IMG/VR virus record: IMGVR_UViG_2061766007_001501
Direction: 5' to 3' (one strand)
DNA from: an uncultured virus (IMG/VR IMGVR_UViG_2061766007_001501)
Taxonomy: Duplodnaviria > Heunggongvirae > Uroviricota > Caudoviricetes
DNA: 20,000 nucleotides
Part shown: one piece after another, positions 15,140 through 20,000 of the stretch
Layout of the letters: each line of letters starts with the position of its first letter
How positions within the stretch are numbered: position 1 is the first letter of the stretch
The notes under the pieces: model-generated
What the model was told of the DNA's origin: nothing
Database searches by the model: none
The model's input: only the letters and a program-made list of their open reading frames with translations
Made by a program: the position numbers and the translations under genes

Positions 15140-15349
15140 TTACCGAATGCTATAACCAGCAGGAGTGGCAACAATAGTGGACATAAGCTCGGCCATTCTC
15201 TTGCTGTTATCGGACTGGGTCTGCTTATACTCGATTCCTTTAAGTTCATTCGTAAGGACGGTGTAGTCATCCAGCGTCACTTCCTCAACCGGTTTGTTGA
15301 TTATGTAGTCAACGATTTCTTCAATTTTTGCTTCAATCCGTTCTTTCAT
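15140..15349 (-). CDS. hypothetical protein
   Basis: 69 aa ORF with AAGGGGG RBS. Confidence 0.7.
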   Translation of the reverse strand: MKERIEAKIEEIVDYIINKPVEEVTLDDYTVLTNELKGIEYKQTQSDNSKRMAELMSTIVATPAGYSIR

Positions 15350-15380
15350 AACGATTCCCCCTTCTTGACGGTTACTTGAC

Positions 15381-15683
15381 TTACCTCACGCCCAGTCTGC
15401 TCAGGATCGGCGCAATCATCCGCATCATCGGGCCGCCGACCTGTCCGCTGCGGAGCAGGTGCATCACCGTCGCCTGGTTATTCCCGATGCATTCCTGCGG
15501 CACATTCCAGTGTGCCTTCTCAAACAGCTCCGCTGGATGTTCGTTCACTTCCCGCAGCGCGTCCTCCATTGTCATTCCCGGGACTTTTTGCTGGGTTCCA
15601 CCCGCCTCCGGTTGTCCGGACGTGGGAACGGGCATCTGCGGCTGCGTGCCGCCAAATAGCCTGTTAAACAGCGGATTTGCCAT
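15381..15683 (-). CDS. hypothetical phage protein (P/Q/M-rich)
   Basis: MANPLFNRL...; overlaps the upstream gene. Confidence 0.75.
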   Translation of the reverse strand: MANPLFNRLFGGTQPQMPVPTSGQPEAGGTQQKVPGMTMEDALREVNEHPAELFEKAHWNVPQECIGNNQATVMHLLRSGQVGGPMMRMIAPILSRLGVR

Positions 15684-16176
15684 TGCTTCTCACCGCCTTC
15701 TGTTCGGTCGTGCTCCGCATGGACTCAATCGCTTCCTTCAGTTCATCCTTCATGGCTTGCAGTTCGTCCTTCCGGACATACTGGCTCATGTCCTGATGCG
15801 GTTCCGGCGCCACGTCTCCGCTGGTCAGCCGCGCCGGTTCCTGCCCCATGTATTTCGGGACGGTTTCTTCCATCTTGTAGTGGATCTTCTGCAACGGGTT
15901 CGGCATGCCCATCGGATTCACGCTCTTCAGGTAGATCACCGTGTCGTTCGTATCCCACAGCGCCACCGGTTTCGTCATCCCGGCCGGAATCTGGTAGCTT
16001 TTTGCAGCCGCTTCGCCGTCCACCCACTCGATCTCGCCCTTCACGAATCCGCCGGACATCTGTTGCCCCTGTGGCTGCATCNNNNNNNNNNNNNNNNNNN
16101 NNNNNNNNNNNNNNNNNNNNNNNNNNNNNNNNNNCCAGTTGTTCTGATAGGGCATCCCCGTCACATAATTTGCCAT
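15664..16176 (-). CDS. hypothetical phage protein (Q-rich N-terminus)
   Basis: IEWVDGEAAAKSY...ALWD...IYLKS...GMP core; contains N gap. Confidence 0.78.
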   Translation of the reverse strand: MANYVTGMPYQNNWXXXXXXXXXXXXXXXXXXMQPQGQQMSGGFVKGEIEWVDGEAAAKSYQIPAGMTKPVALWDTNDTVIYLKSVNPMGMPNPLQKIHYKMEETVPKYMGQEPARLTSGDVAPEPHQDMSQYVRKDELQAMKDELKEAIESMRSTTEQKAVRSNGKSAV

Positions 16177-16179
16177 TTG

Positions 16180-16557
16180 TTATCCCTTCTTTCTGTAAAA
16201 ATAGGTCGGTGTTTCCTCGCCGCTGTCCCATGCGTCGTAGTAATTTCCGTCGATCACGCAGACCGCGTGCGTTCCGGTCCCGATCACATATGTTCCACGC
16301 GAATACATCTTGCAGAACTCCTTCACCGTCACGCACGACGGGCATGTATCCGGCAGCAGGAACTGTTCAAACCCGTTCCGTTTCAGGTACAGCCCCCACA
16401 GCCAGTTCACACTCGGCATCGTGCATTTCTCATGGCTCAGGTCGCACAGCGCCGTATGCGTCCGTTTCCAGCTCATCCCCGTCGCGATGGCGATGGCCCG
16501 AACCACACAGTCCGGCTCTTCCACCCGGCACGGGTTCGGGTTCGCGTAGACCCACAT
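16180..16557 (-). CDS. phage protein, possible papain-like Cys hydrolase
   Basis: NPNP...DCVVRAIA...HAVCVIDG.YYDAWDS provides a candidate Cys-His-Asp triad. Confidence 0.65.
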   Translation of the reverse strand: MWVYANPNPCRVEEPDCVVRAIAIATGMSWKRTHTALCDLSHEKCTMPSVNWLWGLYLKRNGFEQFLLPDTCPSCVTVKEFCKMYSRGTYVIGTGTHAVCVIDGNYYDAWDSGEETPTYFYRKKG

Positions 16558-16754
16558 CAGGCGATCTCCCCATCCTTTACGCCGCAGTCATGAAGGATGA
16601 TCCGCGCCACTTCCTCGTCCTCCGGCCGCAGGTCCATCAGCGTGGCGGTCATCAGCATCATGGCGTAGGCGGTCTCTTCGCTCGCACCGATTTCGTTGAC
16701 AATCGTATGGATGTTTTTCCTGCATCCTTCCGGGTACATGATCGCCGTGTCCAT
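16557..16754 (-). CDS. hypothetical protein
   Basis: 65 aa; GGAGG RBS; TGATG coupling. Confidence 0.65.
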   Translation of the reverse strand: MDTAIMYPEGCRKNIHTIVNEIGASEETAYAMMLMTATLMDLRPEDEEVARIILHDCGVKDGEIA

Positions 16755-16867
16755 CTGTTCTGCACCTCCTGTTTCTGCTGAAATTTTCGCAAAAATAAAC
16801 AGCCCGCGGGAGTGACCGCAGGCGTAAGTTCAGGGTATCTTTGGGATATCAGAAGGGGTGCAAAATG

Positions 16868-16901
16868 GTAAAAAAAATGGGCGGTGGTCTCTCCACCGCC
16901 T
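16868..16901 (-). terminator. intrinsic terminator
   Basis: GGCGGTGG-N-CCACCGCC hairpin followed by a T-run on the minus strand. Confidence 0.65.
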
Positions 16902-16954
16902 TAAAGGTCCTTGCTTGGTCCGCTTCCGAAAGGCTCAGCGTGCAAGGCTCTTTC

Positions 16955-17179
16955 CTATATGTGACGGAACAGTTGCTCCTTTCGCTTTCGGATAACCTTC
17001 TTCAGATTATCCTTCGTCATCGGCAGATAACCCGCGTCCTCGATCCGGTCCAGCATCTTTTCGTACGTGATTCCGTCAAACAGGTACATGCTCATGATCA
17101 TCCTGTCCCGTTCGCCGTTTCTTCCGTTAATCCATCGCCAGATTGCAGGTTCCACAACTTCACGGTCGAGGTCCGTCAT
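16955..17179 (-). CDS. sigma70 region-4-like HTH protein
   Basis: ERDRMIMSMYLFDGITYEKM...LKKVIRK pattern. Confidence 0.6.
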   Translation of the reverse strand: MTDLDREVVEPAIWRWINGRNGERDRMIMSMYLFDGITYEKMLDRIEDAGYLPMTKDNLKKVIRKRKEQLFRHI

Positions 17180-17301
17180 TTCTTTTTACCCGAACCGTTT
17201 TTAACGATACCGGTTCCGCCGCAGGTCCCACATGTCTTGTATGGCCCGTTACTCGACCCCTTCTTCACCCGTATCCGAATTGTCTGGTGTGCGTGTCCCA
17301 T
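17176..17301 (-). CDS. 41-aa basic peptide with CxxCxGxG motif
   Basis: MGHAHQTIRIRVKKGSSNGPYKTCGTCGGTGIVKNGSGKKK*; GGGAG RBS; ATGA overlap with the next gene. Confidence 0.6.
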   Translation of the reverse strand: MGHAHQTIRIRVKKGSSNGPYKTCGTCGGTGIVKNGSGKKK

Positions 17302-17539
17302 AGTTGAATTCTCCCGTGCCGTTCAGATAATTACTGCCGCCTTCCCATGTATCGGCATCCTGCTCAACGACCACATCTTGGAACTGGCTTTCATAAGCCA
17401 CCCACGCCGCGTTCGTCACAAACAGCATCGCAAGCACAATCAGAAACGCGATAAACCACCGCTTACACTGAACTTCCAGCCTCGTCATTTCCTTCTCGTG
17501 CTGCGCCTGGGTGTAGATGTCTCCTGTATGTTCACTCAT
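17249..17539 (-). CDS. single-TM membrane protein
   Basis: KRWFIAFLIVLAMLFVTNAAWV TM helix; GGAGG RBS. Confidence 0.75.
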   Translation of the reverse strand: MSEHTGDIYTQAQHEKEMTRLEVQCKRWFIAFLIVLAMLFVTNAAWVAYESQFQDVVVEQDADTWEGGSNYLNGTGEFNYGTRTPDNSDTGEEGVE

Positions 17540-17580
17540 AAATGAATCCTCCGTGTGGTTTTTCCGTATTATACCACAGT

Positions 17581-17907
17581 TCAGGATTCCGCCTCAACCG
17601 TCTTCTGTCCGCCCTGCTCAATCCGCAGCTCCCGCACGGTCGCCTCGATCAGCGCGTCTACGGCAGTGCTGTCAACCTCATAGCCGTTTTCCCTGAGCAG
17701 ATCCACCACATACTGCTTCTTCTCCTTCCACTGTTCAGAAGTGAAAAGCTGTTCAGCGGCGTACACGCCGACCCGCACAAGGCCGTTGAATACCTCGTAC
17801 TGGTGGTCGTTCAGCTTGTCCTTGATCCACGGAATCAGATACCGCGTGATGATTCCGCCGATCAGGGTGATGATCGCCAGGATAATCTGGGTTAAATCAA
17901 TGGTCAT
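17581..17907 (-). CDS. holin (LL-H-like family)
   Basis: MTIDLTQIILAIITLIGGIITRYLIPWIK...VYAAEQLF...KKQYV...ALIEATVREL. Confidence 0.85.
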   Translation of the reverse strand: MTIDLTQIILAIITLIGGIITRYLIPWIKDKLNDHQYEVFNGLVRVGVYAAEQLFTSEQWKEKKQYVVDLLRENGYEVDSTAVDALIEATVRELRIEQGGQKTVEAES

Positions 17908-18407
17908 TTGCTCTCGCTCCCTTCCGCGTCTTCCGGCCACACGCCGTCCAGCAGGTAGTCTTCCATCTTCTCTTTGGCGTTCTTCAGCTTGTCCACGCTG
18001 TTCCCTGTAATTTCATGGTTCAGCAGGGCAAGAATGCCCCGGCATTGCGCTTTCTGCCCGGTATATACCCTTCCGATCTGCGCCTGCTGTTCGTTAATCT
18101 GCCGCGTGTGCATATCCAGCGTTTCCTTGTCGCTGGCAAACTTCTTGTCGTATTCAGCAAACTGCTTTTTCAGGTCCACCTGGATTTCCGCGATCTGCTT
18201 GTTCATCTTGTCCAGCTGCCCCTGGATGGTCCCGTCGTGCTCCGCATCCTGATCCTGTTTTCGCTTCTTCCCTTTTGCAAAAACCTCACGGACCTTATCC
18301 CACAGGATAATCAACGCGCAGACGCTGACCACAAAAGCAAATCCGTACCATATGATCCTCGGGGTCAGCCCTTCCACAACGGGAAGCACCTGTTCAGTTC
18401 CGCTCAA
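17904..18407 (-). CDS. TM + coiled-coil lysis-cassette protein
   Basis: One TM helix then a long heptad coil; lies between endolysin and holin. Confidence 0.7.
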   Translation of the reverse strand: MSGTEQVLPVVEGLTPRIIWYGFAFVVSVCALIILWDKVREVFAKGKKRKQDQDAEHDGTIQGQLDKMNKQIAEIQVDLKKQFAEYDKKFASDKETLDMHTRQINEQQAQIGRVYTGQKAQCRGILALLNHEITGNSVDKLKNAKEKMEDYLLDGVWPEDAEGSESK

Positions 18408-18423
18408 TTTCCATCATCCTTTC

Positions 18424-19217
18424 TCAGTACTTCCCTTTTCCGTCCCCGACCACGTCCAGGAACNNNNNNNNNNNNNNNNNNNNNNNNNNNNNNNNTGCGC
18501 TTCCCGCCGTTGATCTTCGCCCATTTCTCCCCGGGTTCCACCAGCGTCACCACGGTGCCGACCGGCAGTTTGTCCCAGGTGGAACAGTTCTCGCTCGGAT
18601 ATTCGCGCATCTTCACCGGCGCCCCGTTCTCGCTGACCACAACCGCCTGCGCCCCAGCACTGGGCGTCGGCGTCGGTTCCGGCGTGGGTGCCGGTGTCGN
18701 NNNNNNNNNNNNNNNNNNNNNNNNNNNNNNNNNNNNNNNNNNCCATGGTAGTTCCATCCGCCGTCCAGGTTCGTGTCCACCTTCATTTTCGGGCTGGTCA
18801 TGTGCGTGATGTTCAGCGGGCTCACGCTCGTCACCACCCCGGCGTGGTAGTAGTCGTTCAGGTCGCCGTTGTAGTATTGGTGCCCCGGTTTATACCTGTC
18901 CGGCAGGTCCCATTTCCGCCTGAAGCTTCCCTTGTTGCAGGCTTTCTTTACAACGCCGTCCTTGTCGCATCCCTTGTACACCACGTCCCCGAGTTCCAGT
19001 TGGGATACGCTCTGGATGTACGAAAGCCCGACCGTCTGATACCGCGCGCCGNNNNNNNNNNCCATTTCAGTCCCATCCGCCGGATCGCGCCGATAATCAG
19101 CCCGATGCAGTCGCATACGCCGTTGCTTCCGTCCCCCGGCTGCTTGTACGCGGGGTTCAGGCTTTTGATCTTCGCGACAGCCGCAAGGAACTTCTGGATC
19201 AGCTCTTTGTAGGTCAT
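18424..19217 (-). CDS. endolysin: NlpC/P60-like peptidase + PT linker + SH3b (joined across three gaps)
   Basis: GVCDCIGLI, LELGDVVY, YYHAGVV...H catalytic motifs; TPAPTPEPTPTP linker; VKMREYPS...LPVGTVV...WAKI...FLDVVGDGKGKY*. Confidence 0.8.
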
Positions 19218-19525
19218 CCGTTCCCGCCCCCGCTTTCATCGTCCGTCCCGTCGCCTTTCGCCTTTCCGCCGCCGATTTCGATCTTTGTTTTATCCAACAT
19301 CATGAACGCGATCTTTTCCACGACGCTGTTGTGCGTATACGCCAGGACGTTCACGATCATGACCACGGAAACCACGATGGATATGTAAAACACGTACATG
19401 CCCGTGCCGGGCTCCAGCAACATAATTGTGGACAGGTATGACATGTAGAAAAACCAGAACACAGCCGTCCAGCGAGCCAGCCGCTTGCTGAACTGTTTCC
19501 GCGGGTCAATCCGGTAGTCGCTCAT
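19214..19525 (-). CDS. two-TM membrane protein (holin-like)
   Basis: MSDYRIDPRKQFSKR then two hydrophobic helices; GAGG RBS; ATGA-coupled to the endolysin. Confidence 0.7.
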   Translation of the reverse strand: MSDYRIDPRKQFSKRLARWTAVFWFFYMSYLSTIMLLEPGTGMYVFYISIVVSVVMIVNVLAYTHNSVVEKIAFMMLDKTKIEIGGGKAKGDGTDDESGGGNG

Positions 19526-19922
19526 ATCTGTCATCCTCAAAACGAAAAGGCGCCGAACAGGAGTGTGTCCACTCGCCATTCGGCGCCTTCAAATCATATT
19601 CATTTACGCCTTTATTTTACATAACATTCGTGGAAATTACAAGAGGTGATTTTGAAAACAGGCTGATCATATTGGGAAACTTGTTAATGCGTTAAATCCC
19701 TCCCTTTTAATACTATCAGTTGTATTCTTTGAAATGTAATGTCATATATATGGCGTCTTTACATCATCATGCTAAAGCGATATGATTTTTCCAACAAAAT
19801 AAAGAGCGCCGGCAGCTAGCACTGTCGGACGCTCAGGCGGAAGATGTGAGTCGGCACATCGTCCACGAGGATAGTGTAACACATCCTTCCGCAACATACA
19901 AGAAAGGAAGGGTGTTTTTGTT

Positions 19923-20000
19923 ATGTCCTACGAGTCTTACCGAAACGAAATGATCCTCAATCTGTCCCTGTCATTCCCGGAGGATGAGATCCAGCGGTTC
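19923..20000 (+). CDS. N-terminus of an unidentified protein (runs off the right edge)
   Basis: MSYESYRNEMILNLSLSFPEDEIQRF after an AAAGGAAGG purine tract. Confidence 0.5.
   Translation, partial: MSYESYRNEMILNLSLSFPEDEIQRF

Noticed and set aside
15376..16593. 405-aa plus-strand ORF and other long antisense ORFs
   Set aside because: They are antisense shadows of well-supported minus-strand genes in GC-rich sequence.
18404..19239. Three separate ORFs in the endolysin region
   Set aside because: They are fragments of one gene separated by N gaps.

Overview
Segment of a temperate phage genome, probably of a Clostridia-type Firmicutes host (inferred from the tRNA-Pro(GGG) att core and gene style). 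Left to right it holds a leftward early operon (SNF2-like helicase, small ORFs, Cro-like HTH), the cI / ImmA-like protease / tyrosine integrase lysogeny module, a stand-alone TnpB nuclease, and an att site matching the 3' half of tRNA-Pro. Phage genes lie on both sides of the att site, so it is probably attP. Next is a ~5.3 kb accessory island (6815-12162) bracketed by near-identical terminator hairpins. It encodes an XRE regulator, a dense ncRNA array, an RlaP-like Pol-beta nucleotidyltransferase and a Ro60/TROVE protein. The array contains 4 tRNAs, a tmRNA, 4 paralogous Y-RNA-like RNAs and further unexplained structured RNAs. Three of the Y-like RNAs display anticodon stem-loop mimics (Ser-GCU twice, Lys-UUU once), suggesting an RNA-repair/decoy counter-defence system. 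The right part is a leftward late region: NlpC/P60-SH3 endolysin, holin, an operon of unknown function and an inserted NUMOD4-HNH endonuclease. Many N gaps break reading frames, and genes were joined across them by protein continuity.
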